A stretch of DNA of 64,000 nt, from NCBI RefSeq assembly GCF_018350175.1, contig NC_058368.1:45944001-46008000 (forward strand), read 5' to 3'. Under the pieces are notes generated by a model, which worked only from the letters and a program-made list of their open reading frames with translations, did no database searches and was not told where the DNA came from. The position numbers and the translations under genes were made by a program. Every line of letters starts with the position of its first letter. Position 1 is the stretch's first letter. The DNA is from Felis catus (Eukaryota). Of this stretch, positions 24,201 through 38,300 are shown one piece after another.

Positions 24201-25204
24201 GTTCCTGTACTTTTTAGAACATATTTAAAAATAATGCTGCAGCTGAAATAATTGCTTACCATTTCCCAAACAAGTCTCAGAAAGACATCTGCTTTCAAGA
24301 ATCAATTTTACTTAAATTGGGGGCAAGGGTGATGAAAACTAATACCTTCATATTATTACAATATATTGTAATGTATTATTATCATATGGCATAAAATATA
24401 AATATATTATTAAATAATGTAAAATTGTATGTATTTCTGAACCAAATAATAAACTTCAAATAAATTTCCAGCTTCAGTTGTCATTTTCTTGGTAGATGAA
24501 GAAGGGTGGTGAGATGGTTAATTGTTCACAAGACCTCTGCATTCAGACAGATCAAGTTGTGTCCCTCAGTTGCAGGAAATGTGGCATCCCAGTTGCATCA
24601 CTTCATAGCTGTGATGTTTACATTACCAGTACACAAGTAATTTCTCACTTGTAAGTGTTTCGTAAGTATTAGCTGAATGAATGAATGAATGAATACATGA
24701 AAAGAAAATTATTATTTGATTAGTATCAGTCTCCCTTCCTAGACTATAAGCTTCTTGAATGTAGGAGTAGAGCTTTCTATAATGATCATTGTTTTATTGC
24801 ATTTCCAATATTGAACTGGAATTTGGCATGTCAAGTATAATATATGTGGAAAAAAGTACTCACATGTACACACTTACAGAGAAACACCTAGATCTTTCTC
24901 TTTCGTCCCATTCATTTTTGCTTTTAGAACATTTCCCTGAGAATGTTAAAATGCTGCAAGTTGTGCTACCCTTATAAAGGTTTATCATACCACTAACACA
25001 ATTATCACCCAAGTAGGAGGCCTATGGTATACGAATTTTAACCCAATAATACCCTGAAAAAATGATATTTCCTGATGTTGATTGCCTCAAGAGCAACTAA
25101 GTTCCTAGCCAGGCTGAATTCATTTAGAAGAATTTTCACATATTTAACATTTAATAAAATTATGACATACATTAAATCTTAATGAAATGCACATTTTCAA
25201 CCTT

Positions 25205-25460
25205 CTTATGAGAGCAGAGGTAATAGAAAGGAGTCTGTAATTAGAATTAGAAAACTTTGGTCTAGGTCCTGGATCTGCTACTACAATTTGTGTGTCAATG
25301 TATGAATCACTTAAATTCTCTCATTTCAGCATTTACCTTTGAACTTGCAGAATATAATGTTTAACCTACCAATATATCTGCATTGTTATGAAGAACAAAT
25401 GAGATCATGTGTGGTAAAATGCTTTGTGAATTTTGTGAGTTGTAAAGCACAGTATCCATA
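25205..25460 (+). mobile_element. MIR
   Basis: 'ttggtctaggtcctggatctgctact...gaatcacttaaattctctc...gttatgaagaacaaatgagatcatgtgtggtaaaatgctttg' MIR core. Confidence 0.8.
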
Positions 25461-26154
25461 TGTTTTCCTGTTATCTGGTGGTTCCCAGCCAGGCATACTC
25501 CAGACAGTTTGACCAGTTGTTCTGGAATATTTGACAAGCTGAACTTCAAACAAAAGATATAAACCTAAAATGGGCCCCTTTGGACATCTTGACGTTTCAT
25601 CTTTCTAACTACGGCCATATTTGCTGATGTAGCAATGGGAGCAAAGTTTGCCTTTGTCATCAATTCCCAAATTTTTCATTCTGAATAGAAAAGAGAAACT
25701 CTCCACAGGTGCTCCACAACTTCTCTCTAGATACACCTACCTGCTGCCACGCTACATTAGTTAGCATAGATTCATGCTAACAATGAATTAATCACGCTCA
25801 TCTAACGGTCTCCTTTTTGCATATTATCCATCTATATTTTGCTGCTATTCTATGTTCATTTGTGTTTCTATGAATAAAAATGTAGTAACAAACTATTTTC
25901 AATGTTTTCAATATATAAATGTTTTAAAATAAAACAAACTTACTACTGTTGTGATGACGGCAGATATTTTTAAGGTGCTTATTACTTAGTTCACAAGAGT
26001 GATGCATATATGCTAGGGAATCAACATCTTTGAAAATTAGGAACTTAGGTGGAAAAGCTCTACTTCCAAAAATAGCTTTGAGCTTGTTCTGAGTTTTCTG
26101 TAATTTTTACTGTTTCATAATTGTTTCTGATGGCTCAGTGTCAAATATGGATTT

Positions 26155-26155
<1 letters not shown>

Positions 26156-26199
<44 letters not shown>
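26156..26199. repeat. (TG)n microsatellite
   Basis: Seen directly. Confidence 0.95.
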
Positions 26200-26201
<2 letters not shown>

Positions 26202-27771
26202 TAGCTGAGAACCATGGTCATATATGGAATATATTATTTCAAAGCTTGCTATTACAAATTTACTTTTGTAGATTTTTCCACTAGATATATGAATTTAGAG
26301 AATGCAACCTGATACCAAGAGGAGAAAACTCTTTAAATCTATGAAGGTCCTGATGACCTGTAACTTAAAAAAAGTTTTACTTTTTTTAAAAAATAGCTTG
26401 TTTTACTTCATGAAATTATAGCAATTTTATTTAGATGTATCAATAGTATATTTAAGCAACCCCATGCCTTTTAATAACCAGTTTGGACTGTGGTACTGGA
26501 AGACTCTAAAATATTTCAAACAATATTGTATTTCTCAGATATCAACCATTAATGGATGCTTGAATATTTTACATACGCTATTTTAACTATCTTAGAGAGT
26601 AAAACTCAATTTAGAACATTAAAACTATCTCTCCCTACTAAATAAACCATAGGTGTCCCCTACACTTCTGACACTAATGCAATTATTATTAGCTTGCAAT
26701 TCTTATCTGAGACAGTTATATAGATAAAGTAAGCCCTAAGTAACATTAAATCGGCCAATTTGACATTCTTCTCAGTAATGACCCTTATATGGCTGTTTTG
26801 CTGTAGAATACGAGTATGATTAAGTAATAGCAGGTGGGTCTTTACTGACATTAGTTATTTACAAGTCACTTATTCTTACTTTATCTGAGCTCTTTAGGTC
26901 ATACATAATAAACATTTATTAAAAGTTTTGAAACTTCTAAAGATTATCTGTGTATGTACAAGTACACAGATATAAAATAAATATTTGTAGACTCCATCCT
27001 ACCACAAAAGATACTTTAACAACAAGGATATCTCACAAAATTGAAGTCTTATAGAACCAAAAATATGCAAATTTTTTCATTCAGAGATATTTTTCTTAAG
27101 CTGTCATTTGAAAATTAAAGTTTTATTCATCAACAGAGTGTTTTATTAAGAAACCTTTTCCTCATTATTTAAGGAGCATTCCCCCAACTTGCACTGGGCA
27201 AAATCTTAGTATGTTACTTTTCTTATCAGTTTATGTATGGTCTGATTCCTCATTGTTCTTTAAAAATGGAGATATTACAAATATTTTCTTGATTATTTTA
27301 TAATATTTTTGTAATAAAATAAAAGCATATGAAAATACTTTAGAAACAAAAAAGTTTCTACTATAAATTGGAGGATTAGAAGATTTCCATCATAGAATTT
27401 CAAACAATCACCCAGGAACTGGATTAACAGTAAAAAAGTTTTACTTTAATGGACATTACTAGTGAATTCCCCTTTCAACTTGGAGGTCTTGAGGTTGGAA
27501 TGTAATTTCCCTGCTTAGTGAGCTACCTTGTAGACACAGAGGTTTGTTCACATGCAATACACATATGGCTGAGGTGAAGAGAAATGTCACACAGCATCTT
27601 GAGGAAAGAACCAGAATGGAACACTTGAATCATGCTCAGTTTGAGAGAAATCTTCTGAAAAATTCCTTATTCAGAGTAATTCAGAAACCATTCCCATGAA
27701 AACTCAGGCATTTACACCTAAGTACATTTTTTATGTGTCCAGTGGGCTGGGGCATAAACTTCCCCCCGCCC

Positions 27772-28195
27772 CTGTATTAGTCAACTTGTGTTGGAATAAT
27801 TCTATACAAAATCAGTTATAAAATCTTAATGGCTTACAACACATGCATTTGTTTTTCTGCACATATATATGTGGAGTAGGTGTAGTGTCTGTTTCAGGCT
27901 CTAGATTGAGCTCACACCAGCTCTATAATCTTTCATTTCAGGACCAAAGCTGAAGAAGCAGTCATTATTTAGAGTGTTTTTATTTCTTATGGTGCAGTGT
28001 AGGGTAGTTAGAGTGCATGCCCAATCAGGCAAGTCCATACAAGCACATTTAAAGCCAGCTCAGCTTCCACTGAACAAAGTAAGTTATATGGCCAAAAGTC
28101 AATGAGGCTGGGAATTATACTTTTCCTGTGTGAACTATGGCATGGGTGAAGGTAAAGAGAGAATTCTAAATAAATAATACAATCCGCTATACCCT
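27772..28195 (-). mobile_element. Old MaLR LTR (MLT1I/J-like)
   Basis: 'tgtattagtca...aaaatcttaatggcttacaacaca...aagcacatttaaagcc...aaagtaagttatatggccaaaagtc'. Confidence 0.7.
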
Positions 28196-28457
28196 CAAAG
28201 GTGAAAAACAAGTTAGTGCATTTGTATACCTCTTAGAACAAAGACAAAGTCAAACTTGTGGTAAGACTTTCAGGATTTAAGAGGCAACATAAATTACATT
28301 TGATGATATGATTTTAATACAATTAGTAAGTTATCTGAAACTGGCATCTTTCAATGGAGTCATTAATGGGAGACAAGATCCACTGATCTTTTGGATTTTT
28401 TTATATCATGCAAGCAAGGTACTAACTGCCCTTTGTCCAGGATTTTATTTTACAGAA

Positions 28458-28685
28458 ATTTTTTTTATGTATTTATTTTTGAGAGAGAAAGAGAGAGTGT
28501 GAGTGGGGGAGGGGCAGGGAAACAGGGAGACAGAATCTGAAGCAGGTTCCAAGCTCTGAGCTGTCAGTACAGCTCTGAGCTGTAAGCACAGAGTTTACAG
28601 TTGGTGGGCACACACCCACCAAGTGTAAGATCATGACCTGAGCCGAAGTCAAACGCTTAATCGACCGAGCCACCCAGGCACCCCC
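28458..28685 (-). mobile_element. CAN-SINE with an internal 19-bp tandem duplication
   Basis: Antisense SINE; agctctgagctgtcagtac / agctctgagctgtaagcac at 28552-28589. Confidence 0.93.
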
Positions 28686-28974
28686 AGAATTTTTGTACAG
28701 CAAATAATGTTGGAAGATAGAGATAATGTCTCCCTCTTACATAAACCTTATAATAACTTAAAATATCCCCCTTATTATTTATTACTTTTCAGGATTATAC
28801 ATGTAAATAAAGCTTGTTAATTATGTTGTTCAAATTATCTGGACACTTAGAGAAGTTTTTGTCCCCTTAATCCACTGAGAGAGCTATATAGGTACATAAA
28901 AGTTTAGAACTGTAATATTTTCCTGTTGAAATAAATGCGTTTGATATTATTTACAGACTTCCTTTATAATAAAG

Positions 28975-29302
28975 ATGAACAACAATAATTAATAATAAAA
29001 TAGAATAATTACAATAATATACTATAATAAAAGTTATGTGAATGTGGTCAAGCTCTCCCAAAATATCTTATTGTACTGCACTCACCCTTTTCTTCTTGCG
29101 AGGATGTGAGATGATAAAATGCATATATGTCACATGAGATGAAGTGAGGTGAATGATGTAGGCACTGTGACATAGCTAGCATTAGGTTACCATTGACCTT
29201 CTACCCATGTCAGAGGAGGATCATTGGCTTCCACACTGCAGTTATCATGGGTAACTGAAATTATGTAAAGGGAAACCATGGGTAAGCGTAGACTACTCTG
29301 TA
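28975..29302. mobile_element. Tigger7/MER44-type DNA transposon fragment
   Basis: 'aataaaagttatgtgaatgtggtc...caaaatatcttattgtactg...gagatgaagtgaggtgaatgatgtaggc...gggtaactgaaa...gaaaccatgggtaag...actactctgta'. Confidence 0.8.
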
Positions 29303-29891
29303 AACAAATACTGCAGATGCTCACAAATCATCAGGCAAATATTTACTTTCTGGCTGAGGTCATGACAATGACAATGTAATCCAGAAGCCTGAAGTCGTGG
29401 TGATAGTTTTCAATTCCCCAGAGTTCAGAAATGGTAGAGCTTGTAGCTCTCTTGGGAGGTCAGTTCAAAGTCATCGTTGTGACAGCCATTCCTGGATTCT
29501 ATACCATATCAACCAACAGTTTTAAACAATTCCATCTATTGAATTTCTTTCTTGTAAAAATTATCTAGAGTAGGCTCCATCTGTCACTGAAACTCACACA
29601 ATACACTAACTGATAACACAGTTCTAGTGATTGTTATCTGAACTTTATGTTGGGTTGCTCTTGATAGCAGTATATTAATTTATTTCTGAAAAGAATGCCA
29701 GTAATTTGTACATGGCAAATTGCAAATGAGTTGCCTAAGTTATCCCTGTTGATGTCCCTTAAGCAGACGAAATGGAGGTTACTAAGAGAATAAGGAATAT
29801 AGGAACATAAGTGAATGACTATTTCATGCACTGGAGAGTTTAAGCTGCTATAACATGATAGGCTTTAAGTCTTAAGTTCTTGAATAAAGAC

Positions 29892-29893
29892 GA

Positions 29894-29977
<84 letters not shown>

Positions 29978-30056
29978 CAAAGGGAAAAGAAAAGAAAAGA
30001 AAAGAAAAGAAAAGAAAAGAAAAGAAAAGAAAAGAAAAGAAAAGAAAAGAAAAAAG
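29892..30056. repeat. Compound (GAAA)n-(GAAAA)n polypurine microsatellite
   Basis: Seen directly; explains the KE/KR-rich and FLS-rich ORFs. Confidence 0.97.
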
Positions 30057-30546
30057 AAACTTTATATGATTGCCCTAAAAGAAAATCAGAGCCAGATGTT
30101 CTGGGTTGAGAAAATACAAAATACATTAAATTCTCATATCTTATGTACTCATTGGAGCACACACTGGGAAAGAATGGAAGACCGATACTGAGAATAATGA
30201 TATTTGAAAGGATTTATTTCATTCAAATTACCCTTAAACTTCCACTCCCACTGAGCCTAACTTACCAGCAGAAGCAAGCCTTGCTTACAGAGCCTGGAGG
30301 GGTATTAGCTCATGTCCACACCCACCACCTGCCAGTGTCTATCAGCCCTTTACATTTTCCATCATGTGGTGTCTAGGGGACCAGACACTTATATACCACA
30401 AGAAATGCAAGACTGTGGTTAGTTATATTGGGCAAAAAAACTAAAAATATTGTGTGGGAGTAATTTCTGAAACACAAGACCAAAAATAAAAATAAATGAA
30501 TTTAAAAAAGAACATGTCTTTGCATGGATTAAAATTATTCACATGA

Positions 30547-30587
30547 ATATATATATATGTACACACACACACACACACACGTATATA

Positions 30588-30632
<45 letters not shown>
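30547..30632. repeat. (TA)n(CA)n(TA)n microsatellite
   Basis: Seen directly. Confidence 0.95.
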
Positions 30633-30635
<3 letters not shown>

Positions 30636-30639
30636 AGAC

Positions 30640-33006
30640 CCTGTACTGTCCATTAGAAATGTAATAGGAATTATATATGTAATTTCAATTTTAGTTGTCA
30701 CATAAAAAGTAAAAAATAATAGATGAAATAAATTTTACTAATGTATTTTTATCTGATATATCCAAAATATTGTTATTTCCAAACAAAATCTATATAAATA
30801 TTAAGGATGTATTTTACTCTGTTTTTACTACCTCTTCAAAATCCAGCATGACTTTACACTTACAGCACGGCTCAGTTCAGATGCTAAGCTTGCATCAGAA
30901 ACACTTGATTTATTTACGTGTAAAAAAACTTACATTTGAGAAAGTAGATTTACATCTCCAAGATGTATCAAACAGACTTCAAAAATTTCAAATACCAAAA
31001 TACAATTTTCCAGAAATATTTACATCGTTAACAAAACTGGCTCATCAATACTACAAGAATTATTTTGACCTAGAAGAAAAAGCATATAATTTTCCAAAGT
31101 ATTGCTACCCAAGTTAGATAAATTCAATACTTCTTGTGTCAATATAACATTATTATTGATTTGTATAATGAAAAGTTTCAATTTCAACATAAATTTGTGT
31201 ACCTGTCTAGCTAAGACACATAGAAGCTCTTCCTTTCCTTGAAGCTCCAAATTTAGCTTGTTCATGAGCAGTATGATTTCATGAGTGAAAATGTAAATCA
31301 CACAGCCATTTTTTTATTATTGCATATTTGGTAAGTGTTCCTTTTGTTCCAAGAAAATCTTGAATTGGAATGAACAGTACGATAAATCTTTGTAAATAAA
31401 TCTTCCATGACTCAACGAATGAGAGTGGGTAAAGAACACAAGATTGTTAAATTCATCATATATTTTTTTTAATTCCATAAACTAATACTGATTCAGAGCA
31501 TTTGCATGTATATATATGCAAATGAATCATTTTGACAATTACATACATTTGCACCTTTCACAAAGGTGGCACTAGAAAACTGAGTACAGATATTTCAAAT
31601 ATGTAACATGCAGCAGAATGGAATAAAAGGAGAATATCAGTCTCTTGTACAGAATTACAATAAATATAGATTTTGACCAAACATACATAGCGTCTGATGT
31701 AAAACTATTTTTTCACATATAGCTAAAATTCTTCTTTGAAAAATAAAAATATTCAAATATACATATATGTATAATATATTCATATGTGTATATGTGTATT
31801 CACAAATTTTACTTTTTATTCCACAAATGGGAATTTGTTTATAAATCTGGAGCTTTGTTGATACAAAATACCCAAAATATTAATTAAGAGTATTTTTATC
31901 TACTTCATGAGTCTTCTTAAATTAAAAATCATTTCCAATTTTTCTAATTTTGATTCCATTGATTTTTCATAATTTTAGAAGTCTTTGATTCTATGGATAG
32001 TCTTTTTTCTTAAGTCCCTAATTAACAACTACAAAGTTTTCAGAATTTATATAAAATAATTTCTTACCATTTCTCCACCTAAAAATATATTCCATGGTGC
32101 AAGTATACAAATCATCTTATAGGTGAATAAATTTTCAAGTTCAGATTCTTTTAAAAAGCTTTAAAAATATTTTTGTTGAACATTTAATTCTGATTTCAGG
32201 AGAATGAATTTATTAGTTATTTTTTGGGTGTTGAGATAAAGAAAAAAAATCTTCTTATCAAATGAACTATGCCTTTGCTAAATATATCTCCTAGTATTGT
32301 TCACATTATTCTGTTGATTGCTGTTTTTTGTTTTTTTTACAAGACACACAGCTTTCTCATTTTGTTCTATCATGTCAAACAGTAATTGCCATTTGTGGCA
32401 AAATTTGCAATGTATTTTTCTCCAGTATCTTTTTTCCTTTACTGTTCTGTTTGTGTTACTAGTTTCTGTATCCCCACTTAATTCTGTACCAATAACATGT
32501 CTCTATTTCAAATTTATAAATTTGTCCATAGAAATTATTTAGAAAAATAGTTATTTACATAGCAATTAAATTACAATAAATTTTATATATTATAAACACT
32601 ATAATGGTAGATTAACAACTATTTTTACCTAGATATCACCTGCCTGTATAAAATACTTAAATGAACATATTCAATGTTACATTATTGTGTAAAAAATATT
32701 CAACTAAATCAGTTGATACTAACTTGATAAGTGATGGGTTTCTGCATAACACTAGGACCTAAGCGCCAAAGAGGTACATTATCATTCAACAATATCTTAC
32801 AGAATGGAACAGTTAAAGTAAAATGTAATCCTCCCTAAACAATGAAGTTGTTTTACAGAGAAAATTATTTTATAGTCTGTGTTTTGACACATAAATTGAA
32901 ATTAATTAAAATTTAAAAAAATTAGACATTAATCCCTCTGTCATATTAGCAACATTTCTAGTGCCTAGTAGACTCATGTAGCCAGTCCAGTGTTGAATAA
33001 CACAAT
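30640..33006 (-). mobile_element. hAT-Charlie DNA transposon (Charlie5/MER33-like, ~2.4 kb) with decayed transposase
   Basis: MER33/MER3-type ends ('ctgtactgtccattagaaatgtaat...'; '...tagcaacatttctagtgcctagtagactcatgtagccag...ttgaataacaca'); ORF 31020-31301(-) MNKLNLELQGK..LARQVHKFMLKLKLF resembles Charlie/Buster hAT transposase. Confidence 0.8.
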
Positions 33007-34939
33007 TTTACATTGAAGTTGGTTTGAGCAAATGAGTGAGGCTCAGTTGTTTTTCTCATTTTGTTTGACTAAAAGCTGGATTTAGTGGTGACAGATGGCA
33101 ATGGAATTCAGATAGCCAAAGGAATCCAAAGACTTTAAGAGATGGGGACGCTGGTTTAAATTTATTATATGCCTCGAAGAATAGCAAAGAAAGTACACCC
33201 TTCATTATGGCAATGGAAAGTACATTGTTTAAGGGGGTGTGTCTATACTTCATAGGTCAGGAATGATTGTGAGACATAATGTCCATAAATTCCATTGAAA
33301 TGGACTACTTCATTTGAATGTAGATATAGGATCCTAGGATCTAGAGGACAAGCAAAGTCAATAATTAAAAGAGGTAAGGTAGACATGGCTATCAAAATAG
33401 ACAAGTGAGTAAGTGTGGCATTCAGAACTTGGTGAAGTTCATTCATCTTTGGCAGTAACTAATTGCTTATAGGCCTCTTTGAACTAAGAGACGGGCAGTC
33501 CCAAAATGTCCAAAATACCTACAAGTCTACAGAACAGAGGTCTGACTCAAAGTCTCCTCCCTTTTGAAGAATCGTAGTCCTTCACCCAATTCCTAGAGAC
33601 CCAAGTTGTAGACCTCCCCCACAGAAGCATACAAGTATTTAGAAGAATAACCGTGTACCAGAGAATTGGAAATATCAATATTTCTCTGGCATATCAGAAG
33701 TTTGTTCTTTGATGATATTAATTTCTAGAGAATCAAAACACCACTGTGGGACTCCTATCACCATCAGATCCTATGGTCAATGGAGTTTATGTCAGTCTGT
33801 CTCACAGTGCATTCAGTGCTTTCCTGTGGATTTATTCTGTGATTATTTGTACAGTTCCTGTGTTGTTCAGTTGAAATAGATACACAGCACCAGGCAGAAC
33901 TTAACCACTGCCTTTCCAGAATAGTGCTTCATGGTAAGAACATGTAAGTAGAAACTGCCTATGGAAATCTCCCTCCATACAAAAATAAACAAAGTGGTAC
34001 TGTATTCTTGAAAGAATAGTAGACATTAGTGCTACCATCCAAGATCCGAAAGATTCACTGGGAGTATTTGATATTGCTTCTTCAATAACTCATCCATTTG
34101 ACCTTTGGGGTAGATAGTTGGGCCTTGGAGAATGACAATAGTTATCATAATCAGAGAGTAACTCCAAATGCAGCTTCCATTTCAGAGATGGAATGGAGAA
34201 AAGCAATTGAGGCCCTGGCAACTGAAATGCTTATACTGCTACTTCAAATGCATTTTTATCTGTTCCAATGAACAGAAGACGGTAGAGGCAATTTGCTTTC
34301 ACTGGAAAGAGGAAGTAGCTCTTGTATATATTGAATTGCCATCACTGACTATCAACCATGCATCAGCCTGTAGCACCAATCACAGACTTAGAGGATGAAT
34401 AATTTTATACCATGCTTCTCATACCTCACAAATTTTGATCAAACGTTTTATTTTTGAGCAAAAGAAATGATTCAATGGGCTAATATTCATGGGATTCACT
34501 GGTATTACAAGGCACCCTATCACTAGAAGCTAGAGGGCTCATGCAATGGCAGAATAGCCTCTTCAAGAGTCATTCTTCCTAATGGGAGCTAATGATTTCA
34601 GAGATTGTGGTAGTGTCCTATAGCATGAGGTATATGCTCTAACCAGCAGTGAATATTTGGAGCTGTTTCTCCCATAAGTAGAATACATGGGTCTAGGAAT
34701 CAAGGGATACTTCTCACTATAATTCCTAATGACAGCCATACAAAATTTTCGTTGTCCAAACTTCTGACTTTGAGTTATGTCTGCTGAGATGTAGCTTTCA
34801 GGTTTAAGAGAGAAGAGTTTCTACCAGGAGACCCAAAAGTCATTTACTGAATGAGAATTTGAAGCTTACACATTTTTCATCTCAAATGAAAAACAAATAT
34901 TCTTATATTATAATTAATATATATTATGTACATATTTAC

Positions 34940-35338
34940 TCATTCTAAGTAATCAGCCTACACAATTATGAAGGCTGAGAAGTCCCACAATCTGCAGTTA
35001 GGAAGCTAGAGACTCAGGAGTCAGCAGTATAGTTACAATATGAGTCTGAAGGCCTGAGAGCCAGGAATCCTAGGGCTGGGAAGACCAAAGTGTCAGCTCA
35101 AATGGTGAGGCAGAGAGTGAATTCTTTCTTCCTCCACATTTTTGTCCTTACAGCCCTTCAACAGATGTGAAAATTCCCACCCACATTGGAGAGGACAATC
35201 TGCTTTTCTAAATCTACTGAATCAAATGTTAATCTCATCCAGAAACACAGTCACAGACATACCCAGAAATAATGTTTAACCAAAAAAACTGGGCAGCTCA
35301 TGACATAGCCATGTTGACACAGAAAATTAACTACCACA
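34940..35338 (-). mobile_element. MLT2-type ERVL LTR
   Basis: 'aaggctgagaagtcccacaatctgc...gagtctgaaggcctgagagccagg...aatgttaatctcatccagaaacac...gttgacacagaaaattaactaccaca'. Confidence 0.85.
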
Positions 35339-38300
35339 ATGCCAAAGTTGAAATGTAAACAAACAACTCAAAATATTATTTACTATATTATCATATACTT
35401 ACGGTAAGAAAATTTTATGCTTTGGTTCATCTTGTCTAGAATTCACTTTGAATTAAAAAAATCATGCCATCTATGTTCTATTTTTTGCATTTAATATACA
35501 CAATATATTTTTAATAGATTTTAAAAGTTCTATTTTTCTTTCCCCTTTGTTTTCATTTTCCTAGAAGAAACAGAAGTAACAACCATACATTTGAAATTAC
35601 TGGAAAAATACCTTCATATATTTTTACAAACCTACAGTAATTTTAAAAGCTCTAATGTGAGAATCTTCTCTTCAAGTGAAAGATGAAAAAAATGGGGTGG
35701 GGGATAACCAACCCCCCTGAAAACAAAGAGGCAGCTAAGTGGAAAACTAGTATTATGTAGCAGAACTTCTAGAAGTGTTGAAAATTCCAGAATATTTTAC
35801 GTAAGGAGATGCGATGAAGTCAAGTCCCAAATCGTCTTTTTATATTAAAAAGAGACAAAAGGGAGAGTCTAATGAGCTTAAACTCCTAGCCACAGAGATA
35901 ATGAGAGCAACAACTCCCTTTGTTTCTCATTGAATACCCTCATCTAGTTATTAGTTCTTCCTCCAGTAATCTGTCAAACAATGAGGGACTAGAACTTTAA
36001 AAGGTGCGTCGCCACAGAAAGCAAGCTAGTGCTGAGCCAGTGGAAAGGGGAGATGATGAGATTGACATTGCTGACACTGGAAATCTGGTGATACAAAGAT
36101 GAGTTTACAATCAAATTACTCTCATATTCACTTATAGCCAAATAAGTAAAGAGGCCACCTGTAAAATATTTTCCCTACGAGTAATGGTGTGGAGACTATT
36201 ATAATAAACCCATGTTTTAGGCAGAAAGAAATGCAGTGGAGGTTGCTAGGCATACAGGTTGTTTAAGACGAGGCAAGATCTTCCTAAATGAATGATTCAT
36301 CCATAGTAATGACACTAATTCATTATCGAGTTTCAGTTTATATCTATTTTCATTTTTTCCAATCTGTTGCAGTGCAATTGAAGTGGTGGTTTGTTGTGTT
36401 GTTGTTCGAAAATGTTGTTTTAAGTACATAATTTTACTCCATTTGTGCCAGGAAAATGCCCAAACACCTTCATTAGAAATAAAGCAAATCTGTTCAACAG
36501 TACTCTGAACAGCAGGCACTATATGCTTTACTGAACAGAAAAGCTTTAACAAACCTTATCTTGTACAATGTTCATTCTGCCTGTGTCTGTTTATGTTCTC
36601 GAACTTCCTGAAAATGTGGGTGCAACAGCAAAGTGGTGTTTAGCTACCCTACTCTCTTGGCCAGGTGGTTGATTGTATGGTTTGGCATATTTTTTGCAGG
36701 TGGTATACAAAATCATATATACCAGCTGCTTGGCCCACTGAGTAATACTTTGCTAAATGACACAGCCCCAGCCATACATAACAACATATAATGATGCTAG
36801 AATGATATCTTCACTAGATTCATTTAGCTCTGAAAAGAATTCTCTAAGAAAGACATTTCATTGCCTTCATTTCTGTTTCATGCTGGGTAATGTTGGCAAG
36901 AATTATTCATGGCACATGTGAGCAATTCAAAAAAAATATTGAAAAAAAAACAAGGCAGCTTTGCAGAGGTGTGCTGTCTGCTTGATGACTTGGCATGCCG
37001 CCCCCGGTGCTTGGCACAGCACCCTGGCAGCTGGCACAAGGGATATTATATATACTTGCCATTGGGCCTCTACTACGCTACTTGCTGTGCACGATCAATA
37101 TCGACCAACTGCATAAACAACCGGATGAACCTTGTATCTGAGGGATAGCAAATAGCATTTGAATTATTTTACATAAATCTGAAAATGTAATCGTGGTTGA
37201 CATTCCTATTAGTATTATATCTGAGCACGATGATCATAATTGAGTAACATTAAATGTAGTTTATTGAACAGCAGTCCACTGCCTGCTTTACTGTGACTAT
37301 GATCTGTGTAATGAAACCAGCAGTACGAAAAATTCTCTCAGTTGGTACACTTCCTGGACAGCAGCCAAGGTATTTATTCCTATTTATGCAATTAATGGCT
37401 ATATTGATTCCTTTTTTTTTCTCTAGTAAATAGTAGATAAGTTGTGCTATGTTTTCTTAGCTCTTCAAGGTTTGTTTCAGCTGTAATTAATGTGACTATA
37501 AGAATAATGCTCAATTGTTCTTAGTAACTGTTTTTCATGTCTGCAGCATTTGCAACATACACATTGCTTTCTGGTTTGAGATGATTAAATTGATAGCGGC
37601 TCTATTGCCAAAATAGTCCCATATGCTGAAGTATGATTTATTAATGTTCAAAAATCAGAAGGTAAAACTTCACTAGCCAAAAGGCTGTGGTGGTTAATCA
37701 TCTGTTCTTCCAGCTAATTCCATAATCCTCAATGTGACAATCAATTCATCATGCTGAAATAGCAAATTCACATAAATCATATTTCCAAGTTCTACATGCA
37801 GTCAATAAAATATATTGCACATTTCCCATAAATTATGTGATATAATGTTAATTTATTTTTCAAATTAAAAACTTTAACTACCCTATGTGTTTTTCCATTG
37901 TGCCTATAAAGTAATGTGCTTCATACTGGCACATCCAGAAGATCACACCAGGCACAGGGAAAGAAGGTTTGAAGTCTTCCGACTTTGAAGGAATTCACAG
38001 GAATATTGGACGCTCTACGTCCTCTAAGAAAACCAAATGCTCTAATATTTTACCTACTTTATTCCTATTCCTTACTGGCTAGAATTGAAAGATCTTTCCT
38101 TAGTATATTTTCCAACAAGGAGGGGGCAGGTATAAGAAGGAAGTTCAGAGTTGGCATAATTTTTGTATTCTTTCTATTGGAGAATCCATGTGAATTCTCT
38201 TCTTTTCCTTTATTTCAGCCCTACACATAATTCTATTTTCATGGGGGTAAACTCTACAACTCCCTTCTTTTTTTAACATTCTACTCTAAAATCCATTTAG

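Larger units (their letters stand above)
29340..34870 (+). mobile_element. Decayed ERVL-class provirus (LTR remnant + gag/pol), split by microsatellites and a Charlie element
   Basis: LTR-like end at ~29606; RT-like 'tggagaatgaca' (WRMT) and 'aatgcatttttatctgttcca...caatttgctttcact' (NAFLSVP..QFAFT); integrase-like 'caatgggctaatattcatgggattcactggtattac' (QWANIHGIHWYY). Confidence 0.75.

Noticed and set aside
25754..25784. Small hairpin gttagcat-N6-atgctaac
   Set aside because: An 8-12 bp stem is within chance expectation for 64 kb of AT-rich DNA.
26945..26972. 10-bp perfect inverted repeat tatctgtgta-N8-tacacagata
   Set aside because: Too short and isolated to interpret.
29872..30191. KE/KR-rich and FLS-rich ORFs
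   Set aside because: Translations of the (GAAA)n/(GAAAA)n microsatellite.
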